A stretch of 64,000 nucleotides of DNA, taken from NCBI GenBank assembly GCA_964016885.1, contig OZ024764.1, forward strand, positions 26,722,001 to 26,786,000, read 5' to 3'. This DNA comes from Eledone cirrhosa (taxonomy: Eukaryota). Of this stretch, positions 52,401-64,000 are shown in pieces (the stretch's first letter is position 1; each line of letters begins with the position of its first letter). The notes under the pieces are model-generated. The model worked only from the letters and a program-made list of their open reading frames with translations, ran no database searches and had not been told where the DNA came from. Both the position numbers and the translations under genes were made by a program.

Positions 52401-55400
52401 GAGAGCGAGATCAAACGAGAGAGAGAGAGCGAGATGGAATGAGAGAGTGAGAGCGAGATGAAACGAGAGAGAGAGAGCCAGATGAAATGAGAGAGAGAGA
52501 GCGAGATGAAATGAGAGAGAGAGAGCGAGATGAAACGAGACAGAGAGAGCGGGATGAAACGAGATAGAGAGAGCGAGATGAAATGAGAGAGAGAGAGAGC
52601 GAAATGAAACGAGACAGAGAGAGCCAGATGAAATGAGAGAGAGAGAGCGAGATGAAACGAGAGAGAGAGAGCGAGATGAAATGAGAGAGAGAGAGCGAGA
52701 TGAAACGAGAGAGTGAGAGCGAGATGAAATGAGAGAGAGAGAGAGAATGAGATGAAATGAGAGAGAGAGAGAGAGCGAGATGAAATGAGACATAGAATGA
52801 TGAAACGAGAGAGAGATGAAACGAGAGAGAGAGGAAACGAGAGAGAGGAAACGAGAGTAGAGAGCGAGATGAAACAGGAGAGAGAGAGCGAGATGAAACG
52901 AGACGGAGAGAGAGATGAAACGAGAGAGTGGAAGAGAGAGATAGAACGAGAGAGAGGAAGAGAGAGATGAACGAGAGAGAGGAAGACAGAGATGAAACGA
53001 GAGAGAGAGAGAGCAAGATGAAACGAGAGAGAGGAAGAGAGAGAGTGCGAGATGAAACGAGAGAGAGAGAGAGTGAGATGAAACAAGAGAGAGGAAGAGA
53101 GAGAGCGCGAGATGAAACGAGAGAGAGCGCGAGATGAAAGTCTGTCATGTAATGTTATGGACATATCTGCCCTAGGGGCTAATAATTGTCATGTAATGTT
53201 ATGGACATCTCTGCCCCTGTGGCTAATAATTCTGTCATGTAATGTTATGGCTATCTCTGCCCCTGTGGCTAATAATTCTGTCATGTAATGTTATGGACAT
53301 CTCTGTCCCTGTGGCTAATAATTCTGTCATGTAATGTTATGGACATCTCTGCCCCTGTGGCTAATAATTCTGAGAGAGATGAAACAAGTGAGGGATAAGA
53401 GAGAGATGAAACAAGTGAGGGATTAGAGTGTTGAAACAAGCGAGAGAGAGGAAGAGAGAGTGAGACAGAGCGAGATGAAATGAGAGAGTGAGAGCGAGAT
53501 GAAACGAGAGAGAGAGAGCGAGATGAAATGAGAGAGAGAGAGCGAGATGAAATGAGAGAGAGAGAGCGAGATGAAACGAGACAGAGAGAGAGCGAGATGA
53601 AATGAGACAGAGAGAGCGGGATGAAACGAGACAGAGAGAGCGAGATGAAATGAGAGAGAGAGAGAGCGAAATGAAACGAGACAGAGAGAGCGAGATGAAA
53701 CGAGAGAGAGAGAGAGAGCGAGATGAAATGAGAGAGAGAGAGCGAGATGAAACAAGAGAGTGAGAGCTAGAGGAAACGAGAGAGAGAGGAAACGAGAGAG
53801 AGAGGAAACGAGAGACAGAGAGGATACGAGAGAGAGGAAACGAGAGTAGAGAGCGAGATGAAACAGGAGAGAGAGAGCGAGATGAAACAGGAGAGAGAGA
53901 GCGAGATGAAACGAGAGGGAGAGAGAGATGAAACGAGAGAGCGCGAGAGAGATAGAGGTAGATGAAACGACAGAGAGAGAGACAGATGAAACGAGGGAGA
54001 TAGAGATGAAACGAGAGAGAGAGATGAAACGAGAGAGAGGAAGAGAGAGATGGAACGAGAGAGAGGAAGACAGAGATGAAACGAGAGAGAGAGAGAGCAA
54101 GATAAAACGAGAGAGAGGAAGAGAGAGAGTGCGAGATGAAACGAGAGAGAGAGAGAGTGAGATGAAACGAGAGGGAGGAAGAGAGAGAGCGCGAGATGAA
54201 AGTCTGTCATGTAATGTTATGGACATATCTGCCCTAGGGGCTAATAATTGTCATGTAATGTTATGGACATCTCTGCCCCTGTGGCTAATAATTCTGTCAT
54301 GTAATGTTATGGCCATCTCTGCCCCTGTGGCTAATAATTCTGTCATGTAATGTTATGGACATCTCTGCCCCTGTGGCTAATAAATTCGTCATGTAATGTT
54401 ATGGACATCTCTGCCCCTGTGGCTAATAAATTCGTCATGTAATGTTATGGACATCTCTGCCCCTGTGGCTAATAAATCTGTCATGTAATGTTATGGACAT
54501 CTCTGCCCCTGTGGCTAATAATTCTGACATGTAATGTTATGGACATCTCTGCCCCTGTGGCTAATAATTCTGAGTGAGATGAAACAAGTGAGGGATAAGA
54601 GAGAGATGAAACAAGTGAGGGATTAGAGTGTTGAAACAAGAGAGAGAGGAAGAGAGAGTGAGAGCGAGATCAAACGAGAGAGAGAGCAAGATGAAATGAG
54701 AGAGAGAGAGCGAGATGAAATGAGAGAGAGAGAGCGAGATGAAACGAGACAGAGAGAGCGGGATGAAACGAGACAGAGAGAGCGAGATGAAATGAGAGAG
54801 AGAGAGAGCGAAATGAAACGAGACAGAGAGAGCGAGATGAAACGAGAGAGAGAGAGCGAGATGAAACGAGAGAGAGAGAGAGAGCGAGATGAAACGAGAG
54901 AGAGGAAGAGAGAGAGCGCGAGATGAAACAAGAGAGAGAGAGCGCGAGATGAAAGTCTGTCATGTAATGTTATGGACATATCTGCCCTTGGGGCTAATAA
55001 TTGTCGTGTAATGTTATGGACATATCTGCCCCTGTGGCTAATAATTCTGTCATGTAATGTTATGGACATCTCTGCCCCTGTGGCTAATAATTATGTCATG
55101 TAATGTTATGGACATCTCTGCCCCTGTGGCTAATAATTCTGTCATGTAATGTTATGGACATCTCTGCCCCTGTGGCTAATAAATCTGAGAGAGATGAAAC
55201 AAGTGAGGGATTAGAGTGTTGAAACAAGAGAGAGAGAGGAAGAGAGAGTGAGAGCGAGATCAAACGAGAGAGAGAGAGCGAGATGAAATGAGAGAGTGAG
55301 AGCGAGATGAAACGAGAGAGAGAGAGCCAGATGAAATGAGAGAGCGAGAGCGAGATGAAATGAGAGAGAGAGAGCGAGATGAAACGAGACAGAGAGAGCG

Positions 55401-56413
55401 GGATGAAACGAGATAGAGAGAGCGAGATGAAATGAGAGAGAGAGAGAGCGAAATGAAACGAGACAGAGAGAGCGAGATGAAACGAGAGAGAGAGAGCGAG
55501 ATGAAATAAGAGAGAGAGAGCGAGATGAAACGAGAGAGTGAGAGCTAGAGGAAACGAGAGAGAGAGGATACGAGAGAGAGTAAACGAGAGTAGAGAGCGA
55601 GATGAAACAGGAGAGAGAGAGCGAGATGAAACAGGAGAGAGAGAGCGAGATGAAACGAGAGGGAGAGAGAGATGAAACGAGAGAGCGAGAGAGAGATAGA
55701 GGGAGATGAAACGACAGAGAGAGAGACAGATGAAACGAGGGAGATAGAGATGAAACGAGAGAGAGAGATGAAACGAGAGGAAGAGAGAGATGGAACGAGA
55801 GAGAGGAAGAGAGAGATGGAACGAGAGAGAGGAAGACAGAGATGAAACGAGAGAGAGAGAAAGCGAGATGAAACGAGAGAGAGGAAGAGAGTGAACGCGA
55901 GATGAAACGAGAGAGAGAGAGAGCGAGATGAAACGAGAGAGAGGAAGAGAGAGAGCGCGAGATGAAACGAGAGAGAGAGAGAGCGCGAGATGAAAGTCTG
56001 TCATGTAATGTTATGGACATATCTGCCCTTGGGGCTAATAATTGTTATGTAATGTTATGGACATCTCTGCCCCTGTGGCTAATAATTCTGTCATGTAATG
56101 TTATGGACATCTCTGCCCTTGTGGCTAATAATTATGTCATGTAATGTTATGGACATCTCTGCCCCTGTGGCTAATAATTCTGACATGTAATGTTATGGAC
56201 ATCTCTGCCCCTGTGGCTAATAAATCTGTCATGTAATGTTATGGACATCTCTGCCCCTGTGGCTAATAATTCTGACATGTAATGTTATGGACATCTCTGC
56301 CCCTCTGGCTAATAATTCTGACATGTAATGTTATGGACATCTCTGCCCCTGTGGCTAATAATTCTGACATGTAATGTTATGGACATCTCTGCCCCTGTGG
56401 CTAATAATTCTGA
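43401..56413 (-). repeat. Composite satellite array, inverted (GA-rich) orientation
   Basis: Same elements as 13849-31900, including the diagnostic GATGAAAGTCTGTC junction. Confidence 0.97.
47131..53170 (-). repeat. ~3.02 kb tandem duplication (two-unit higher-order repeat)
   Basis: ORF-track pairs 47604/50625, 48000/51021 and 48773/51794 at offset 3021; 49297/52362 at offset 3065 (one extra 44-bp monomer). Both copies share the rare variants GACAGATGGATCG and GTTATCGACATA. Confidence 0.9.
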
Positions 56414-56423
56414 TTTATTAGCC
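56399..56423. other. Second, identical fold-back inversion junction
   Basis: GGCTAATAA-TTCTGAT-TTATTAGCC, same as 31886-31910 (offset 24513). Confidence 0.95.
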
Positions 56424-59400
56424 ACAGGGGCAGAGATGTCCATAACATTACATGTCAGAATTATTAGCCACAGGGGCAGAGATGTCCATAACATTACATG
56501 ACAGAATTATTAGCCACAGGGGCAGAGATGACCATAACATTACATGACAATTATTAGCCACAGGGGCAGATATGTCAATAACATTACATGACAGAGTTTC
56601 ATCTCGCGCTCTCTCTCTCTCGTTTCATCTTGCGCTCTCTCTCTCCCGTTTCATCTCGCTCTCTCTCTCTCTCTCGTTTCATCTCTGCCTTCCTCTCTTT
56701 CGTTCCATCTCTCTCTTCCTCTCTCTCGTTCCATCTCTCTCTTCCTCTCTCTCGTTTCATCTCTATCTCCCTCCTTTCATCTGTCTCTCTCTCTGTCGTT
56801 TCATCTCGCGCTCTCTCTCTCTCATTTCATCTCGCTCTCTCTCTCTCTCTCGTTTCATCTCTGTCTTCCTCTCTCTCGTTCCATCTCTCTCTTCCTCTCT
56901 CTCGTTCCATCTATCTCTTCCTCTCTCTCGTTTCATCTCTATCTCCCTCGTTTCATCTCTCTCTCGCTCTCTCGTTTCATCTCTCTCTCCCTCTCGTTTC
57001 ATCTCGCTCTCTCTCTCCTGTTTCATCTCGCTCTCTACTCTCGTTTCCTGTCTCTCGTTTCCTCTCTGTCTCGTTTCATCTCGCTCTCTCTCTCTCTCTC
57101 GTTTGATCTCGCTCTCACTCTCTCGTTTCATCTCGCTTCTCTCACTCTCGGGTTTCATCTCGCTTCTCTCACTCTCGGGTTTCATCTCGCTCTCCCTGTC
57201 TCATTTCATTTCGCTCTTTCTCTCTCTTCCTCTCTCTCTCTTGTTTCAACACTCTAATCCCTCACTTGTTTTATCTCTCTCTAATCCCTCACTTGTTTCA
57301 TCTCTCTCAGAATTATTAGCCACAGGGGCAGAGATGTCCATAACATTACATGTCAGAATTATTAGCCACAGGGCAGAGATGTCCATAACATTACATGTCA
57401 GAATTATTAGCCACAGGGGCAGAGATGTCCATAACATTACATGACAGAATTATTAGCCACAGGGGCAGAGATGTCCATAACATTACATGACAGAATTATT
57501 AGCCACAGGGGCAGAGATGTCCATAACATTACATGACAATTATTAGCCCCAAGGGCAGATATGTCCATAACATTACATGACAGAGTTTCATCTCGCGCTC
57601 TCTCTTTCCCTCTCTCTCGTTTCATCTCGCTCTCTCTCTCTCTCGTTTCATCTCGCTCTCTCGTTTCATCTCGCTCTCTCTCGTTTCATCTCTGTCTTCC
57701 TCTCTCTCGTTCCATCTCTCTCTTCCTCTCGCTCGTTCCATCTCTCTCTTCTTCTCTCTCGTTTCATCTCTATCTCCCTCCTTTCATCTGTCTCTCTCTC
57801 TGTCGTTTCATCTCGCGCTCTCTCTCTCTCGTTTCATCTCGCGCTCTCTCTCTCTCGTTTCATCTCGCTCTCTCTCTCTCGTTTCATCTCTGTCTTCCTC
57901 TCTCTCGTTCCATCTCTCTCTTCCTCTCCCTGGTTTCATCTCTCTCTCCCTCTCGTTTCATCTCGCTCTCTCTCTCCTGTTTCATCTCGCTCTCTACTCT
58001 CGTTTCCTCTCTCTCGTTTCCTCTCTCTCTCGTTTCCTCTCTGTCTCGTTCCATCCCGCTCTCTCTCTCTCTCATTACATGTATCTCTTTCTGTCTCGTT
58101 TCATCTCGCTCTCTCCCTCTCTCGTTTCATCTCGCTCTCACTCTCTCGTTTCATCTCGCTTCTCTCACTCTCGCGTTTCATCTCGCTCTCCCTGTCTCAT
58201 TTCATCTCGCTCTCTCTCTCTCTCTTCCTCTCTCTCTCTTGTTTCAATACTCTAATCCCTCACTTGTTTTATCTCTCTCTAATCCCTCACGTGTTTCATC
58301 TCTCTCAGAATTATTAGCCACAGGGGCAGAGATGTCCATAACATTACATGTCAGAATTATTAGCCACAGGGCAGAGATGTCCATAACATTACATGTCAGA
58401 ATTATTAACCACAGGGGCAGAGATGTCCATAACATTACATGACAGAATTATTAGCCACAGGGGCAGAGATGACAATAACATTACATGACAATTATTAGCC
58501 ACAGGGGCAGATATTTCAATAACATTACATGACAGAGTTTCATCTCGCGCTCTCTCTCTCTCGTTTCATCTTGCGCTCTCTCTCTCCCGTTTCATCTCGC
58601 TCTCTCTCTCGTTTCATCTCTCTCGTTCCATCTCTCTCGTTCCATCTCTCTCTTCCTCTCTCTCGTTCCATCTCTCTCTTCCTCTCTCTTGTTTCATCTC
58701 TATCTCCCTTGTTTCATCTCTCTCTCGCTCTCTCGTTTCATCTCTCTCTCCCTCTCGTTTCATCTCGCTCTCTCTCTCCTGTTTCATCTCGCTCTCTCTC
58801 TCTCTCGTTTCATCTCTGTCTTCCTCTCTCTCGTTCCATCTCTCTCTTCCTCTCTCTCGTTTCATCTCTATCTCCCTCGTTTCATCTCTCTCTCGCTCTC
58901 TCGTTTCATCTCTCTCTCCCTCTCGTTTCATCTCGCTCTCTCTCTCCTGTTTCATCTCGCTCTCTCTCTCTCCTGTTTCATCTCGCTCTCTACTCTCGTT
59001 TCCACTCTCTCTCGTTTCATCTCTCTCTCCCTCCCGTTTCATCTCGCTCTCTCTCTCTCTCGTTTCATCTCGCCCTCACTCTCTCGTTTCATCTCGTTCT
59101 CTCTCTGTCTCGTTTCATCTCGCTCTCTCTCTCTCATTTCATCTCGCTGTCTCTCTCTCATTTCATCTCGCTCTCTCTCTCTCGTTTCATCTCGCTCCCA
59201 CTCTCTCGTTTCATCTCGCTCTCACTCTCTCGTTTCATCTCACTCTCCCTGTCTCGTTTCATCTCGCTCACACTCTCTCATTTCATCTCGCTCTCTCTCT
59301 CTTGTTTCAACACTCTAATCCCTCACTTGTTTCATCTCTCTCAGAATTTTTAGCCACAGGGGCAGAGATGACCATAACATTACATGTCAGAATTATTAGC

Positions 59401-62400
59401 CACAGGGGCAGAGATGTCCATAACATTACATGTCAGAATCATTAGCCACAGGGGCAGAGATGTCCATAACATTACATGACAGAATTATTAGCCACAGGGG
59501 CAGAGATGACCATAACATTACATGACAATTATTAGCCACAGGGGCAGATATGTCAATAACATTACATGACAGAGTTTCATCTCGCGCTCTCTCTCTCTCG
59601 TTTCATCTTGCGCTCTCTCTCTCTCGTTTCCTCTCGCTCTCTCTCTCTCTCGTTTCATCTCTGTCTTCCTCTCTCTCGTTCCATCTCTCTCTTCCTCTCT
59701 CTCATTTCATCTTGCGCTCTCTCTCTCCCGTTTTATCTCGCTCTCTCTCTCTCGTTTCATCTCTGTCTTCCTCTCTCTCGTTCCATCTCTCTCTTCCTCT
59801 CTCTCTTCCTCTCTCTCGTTTCATCTCTATCTCCCTTGTTTCATCTCTCTCTCGCTCTCTCGTTTCATCTCTCTCTCCCTCTCGTTTCATCTCGCTCTCT
59901 CTCTCCTGTTTCATCTCGCTCTCTCTCTCTCTCGTTTCATCTCTGTCTTCCTCTCTCTCGTTCCATCTCTGTCTTCCTCTCTCTCGTTCCATCTATCTCT
60001 TCCTCTCTCTCGTTTCATCTCTATCTCCCTCGTTTCATCTCTCTCTCGCTCTCTCGTTTCATCTCTCTCTCCCTCTCGTTTCATCTCGCTCTCTCTCTCC
60101 TGTTTCATCTCGCTCTCTCTCTCTCCTGTTTCATCTCGCTCTCTACTCTCGTTTCCACTCTCTCTCGTTTCATCTCTCTCTCCCTCCCGTTTCATCTCGC
60201 TCTCCCTCTCTCGTTTCATCTCGCTCTCACTCTCTCGTTTCATCTCGTTCTCTCTCTGTCTCGTTTCATCTCGCTCTCTCTCATTTCATCTCGCTCTCTC
60301 TCTCTCATTTCATCTCGCTCTCTCTCTCTCGTTTCATCTCGCTCACACTCTCTCATTTCATCTCGCTCTCTCTCTCTTGTTTCAACACTCTAATCCCTCA
60401 CTTGTTTCATCTCTCTCAGAATTATTAGCCACAGGGCAGAGATGTCCATAACATTACATGTCAGAATCATTAGCCACATGGGGCAGAGATGTCCATAACA
60501 TTACATGCCAGAATTATTAGCCACAGGGGCAGATATGTCCATAACATTACATGACAGAGTTTCATCTCGCTCTCTCTCTCTCTCGTTTCATCTCTGTCTT
60601 CCTCTCTCTCGTTCCATCTCTCTCTTGCTCTCTCTCGTTCCATCTCTATCCTCCTCTCTCTCGTTTCATCTCTATCTCCCTCCTTTCATCTGTCTCTCTC
60701 TCTGTCGTTTCATCTCGCGCTCTCTCTCTCTCGTTTCATCTCGCGCTCTCTCTCTCTCGTTTCATCTCGCGCTCTCTCTCACTCGTTTCATCTCGCTCTC
60801 TCTCTCTCTCGTTTCATCTCTGTCTTCCTCTCTCTCGTTCCATCTCTCTCTTCCTCTCTCTCGTTTCATCTCTATCTCCCTCGTTTCATCTCTCTCTCGC
60901 TCTCTCGTTTCATCTCTCTCTCCCTCTCGTTTCATCTCGCTCTCTACTCTCGTTTCCTCTCTCTCGTTTCCTCTCTGTCTCGTTCCATCCCACTCTCTCT
61001 CTCTCATTACATCTCGCTCACTCTGTCTCGTTTCATCTCGCTCTCTCTCTCTCTCGTTTCATCTTGCTCTCTCTCTCTCGTTTCATCTCGCTTCTCTCAC
61101 TCTCGCGTTTCATCTCGCTCTCCCTGTCTCATTTCATCTCGCTCTCTCTCTTCCTCCCTCTCTCTTGTTTCAACACTCTAATCCCTCACTTGTTTTATCT
61201 CTCTCTAATCCCTCACTTGTTTCATCTCTCTCAGAATTATTAGCCACAGGGGCAGAGATGTCCATAACATTACATGTCAGAATTATTAGCCACAGGGCAG
61301 AGATGTCCATAACATTACATGTCAGAATTATTAGCCACATGGGGCAGAGATGTCCATAACATTACATGCCAGAATTATTAGCCACAGGGGCAGAGATGTC
61401 CATAACATTACATGGCAGAATTATTAGCCACAGGGGCAGAGATGTCCATAACATTACATGACAGAATTATTAGCCACAGGGGCAGAGATGTCCATAACAT
61501 TACATGACAATTATTAGCCCCAAGGGCAGATATGTCCATAACATTACATGACAGAGTTTCATCTGGCGCTCTCTCTCTTCCTCTCTCTCGTTTCTTCTTG
61601 CTCTCTCTCTCTCTCGTTTCATCTCGCTCTCTCGTTTCATCTCGCTCTCTCTCGTTTCATCTCTGTCTTCCTCTCTCTCTTCCTCTCGCTCATTCCATCT
61701 CTCTCTTCCCCTCTCTCGTTTCATCTCGCGCTCTCTCTCTCTCGTTTCATCTCTCTCTCTCTCTCGTTTCATCTCAGTCTTCCTCTCTCTCGTTCCATCT
61801 CTCTCTTCCTCTCTCTTGTTTCATCTCTATATCCCTCGTTTCATCTCTCTCTCCCTCTCGTTTCATCTCGCGCTCTCTCTCCTGTTTCATCTCGCTCTCT
61901 ACTCTCCTTTCCTCTCTCTCGTTTCCTCTCTGTCTCGTTCCATCCCGCTCTCTCTCTCTCTCATTACATCTCGCTCTCTCTGTCTCGTTTCATCTCGCTC
62001 TCTCTCTCTCTCGTTTCATCTCGCTCTCACTCTCTCGTTTCATCTCGCTTCTCTCACTCTCGCGTTTCATCTCGCTCTCCCTGTCTCATTTCATCTCGCT
62101 CTCTCTCTCTCTTCCTCTCTCTCTCTTGTTTCAACACTCTAATCCCTCACTTGTTTTATCTCTCTCTAATCCCTCACGTGTTTCATCTCTCTCAGAATTA
62201 TTAGCCACAGGGGCAGAGATGTCCATAACATTACATGTCAGAATTATTAGCCACAGGGCAGAGATGTCCATAACATTACATGTCAGAATTATTAACCACA
62301 GGGGCAGAGATGTCCATAACATTACATGACAGAATTATTAGCCACAGGGGCAGAGATGACTATAACATTACATGACAATTACTAGCCACAGGCGCAGATA

Positions 62401-64000
62401 TGTCAATAACATTACATGACAGAGCTTCATCTCGCGCTCTCTCTCTCTCGTTTCATCTTGCGCTCTCTCTCTCCCGTTTCATCTTGCTCTCTCTCTCTCT
62501 CGTTTCATCTCTGTCTTCCACTCTCTCGTTCCATCTCTCTCTTCCTCTCTCACGTTCCATCTCTCTCTTCCTCTCTCTCGTTTCATCTCTATCTCCCTTG
62601 TTTCATCTCTCTCTCGCTCGCTCGTTTCATCTCTCTCTCCCTCTCGTTTCATCTCGCTCTCTCTCTCCTGTTTCATCACGCTCTCTCTCTCTCTCGTTTC
62701 ATCTCTGTCTTCCTCTCTCTCTTCCACTCTCTCGTTTCATCTCTCTCTCCCTCGTTTCATCTCTCTCTCGCTCTCTCGTTTCATCTCTCTCTCCCTCCCG
62801 TTTCATCTCGCTCTCTCTCTCCTGTTTCATCTCGCTCTCTCTCTCTCCTGTTTCATCTCGCTCTCTACTCTCGTTTCCACTCTCTCTCGTTTCATCTCTC
62901 TCTCCCTCCCGTTTCATCTCGCTCTCTCTCTCTCGTTTCATCTCGCTCTCACTCTCTCGTTTCATCTCGTTCTCTCTCTGTCTCGTTTCATCTCGCTCTC
63001 TCTCTCTCATTTCATCTCGCTCTCTCTCTCTCGTTTCATCTCGCTCTCACTCTCTCGTTTCATCTCGCTCTCACTCTCTCGTTTCATCTCGCTCTCCCTG
63101 TCTCGTTTCATCTCGCTCACACTCTCTCATTTCATCTCGCTCTCTCTCTCTCTTGTTTCAACACTCTAATCCATCACTTGTTTCATCTCTCTCAGAATTA
63201 TTAGCCACAGGGGCAGAGATGACCATAACATTACATGTCAGAATTATTAGCCACAGGGGCAGAGATGACCATAACATTACATGACAATTATTAGCCACAG
63301 GGGCAGATATGTCAATAACATTACATGACAGAGTTTCATCTCGCGCTCTCTCTCTCTCGTTTCATCTTGCGCTCTCTCTCTCTCGTTTCCTTTCGCTCTC
63401 TCTCTCTCACGTTTCATCTCTGTCTTCCTCTCTCTCGTTCCATCTCTCTCTTCCTCTCTCTCGTTCCATCTCTCTCTTCCTCTCTCTCGTTTCATCTTTA
63501 TCTCCCTCCTTTCATCTGTCTCTCTCTCTGTCGTTTCATCTCGCGCTCTCTCTCTCTCGTTTCATCTCGCGCTCTCTCTCTCTCATTTCATCTCGCTCTC
63601 TCTCTCTCTCGTTTCATCTCTGTCTTCCTCTCTCTCTCTTCCTCTCTCTCGTTCCATCTCTCTCTTCCTCTCTCTCGTTTCATCTCTATCTCCCTCGTTT
63701 CATCTCTCTCTCGCTCTCTCGTTTCATCTCTCTCTCCCTCTCGTTTCATCTCGCTCTCTCTCTTCTGTTTCATCTCGCTCTCTACTCTCGTCTCCTCTCT
63801 CTCGTTTCCTCTCTGTCTCGTTTCATCTCGCTCTCCCTGTCTCATTTCATCTCGCTCTCTCTCTCTCTCTTCCTCTCTCTCTCTTGTTTCAACACTCTAA
63901 TCCCTCACTTGTTTTATCTCTCTCTAATCCCTCACTTGTTTCATCTCTCTTAGAATTATTAGCCACAGGGACAGAGATGTCCATAACATTACATGTCAGA
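56414..64000 (+). repeat. Composite satellite array, CT-rich orientation (continues beyond window)
   Basis: Same structure; units resemble those at 9491 (63309), 10246 (60551) and 11277 (57577, 61548). Confidence 0.97.

Noticed and set aside
153-63953. Hundreds of Ser/Leu-rich and Arg/Glu-rich ORFs up to 560 aa (e.g. 21258-22940)
   Set aside because: Translations of (CT)n/(GA)n tracts that rarely contain stops; open in several overlapping frames, and indels do not preserve frame.

Overview
This is eukaryotic repetitive DNA with no intact gene. The tRNA-derived SINEs look like those of octopus/cephalopods, recognised from memory and not searched. Over 90% of the window is one composite satellite. 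Its 0.5-2.1 kb higher-order unit has three parts: a cluster of ~3-12 copies of a 46-bp monomer (CAGAATTATTAGCCACAGGGGCAGAGATGTCCATAACATTACATG[T/A]), a polypyrimidine tract of ~14-22-bp (CT)n-GTTTCATC monomers in a conserved variant order, and a fixed cap (TTGTTTCAACACTCTAATCCCTCACTTG...). Orientation alternates: + 1-12197, - 13849-31900, + 31901-39844, - 39845-40071, - 42997-56413, + 56414-64000. Two homologous unique islands (12198-13848 and 40072-42996) contain a frameshifted Helitron RepHel N-terminal fragment and several SINEs; the larger one also has a hAT terminus. An identical fold-back junction occurs at 31895 and 56408, so the satellite, islands and inversions form a ~25-32 kb inverted macro-repeat. 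Almost all ORFs in the track are artefacts of CT/GA repeats. The interest lies in repeat architecture and history, not in a new protein system.
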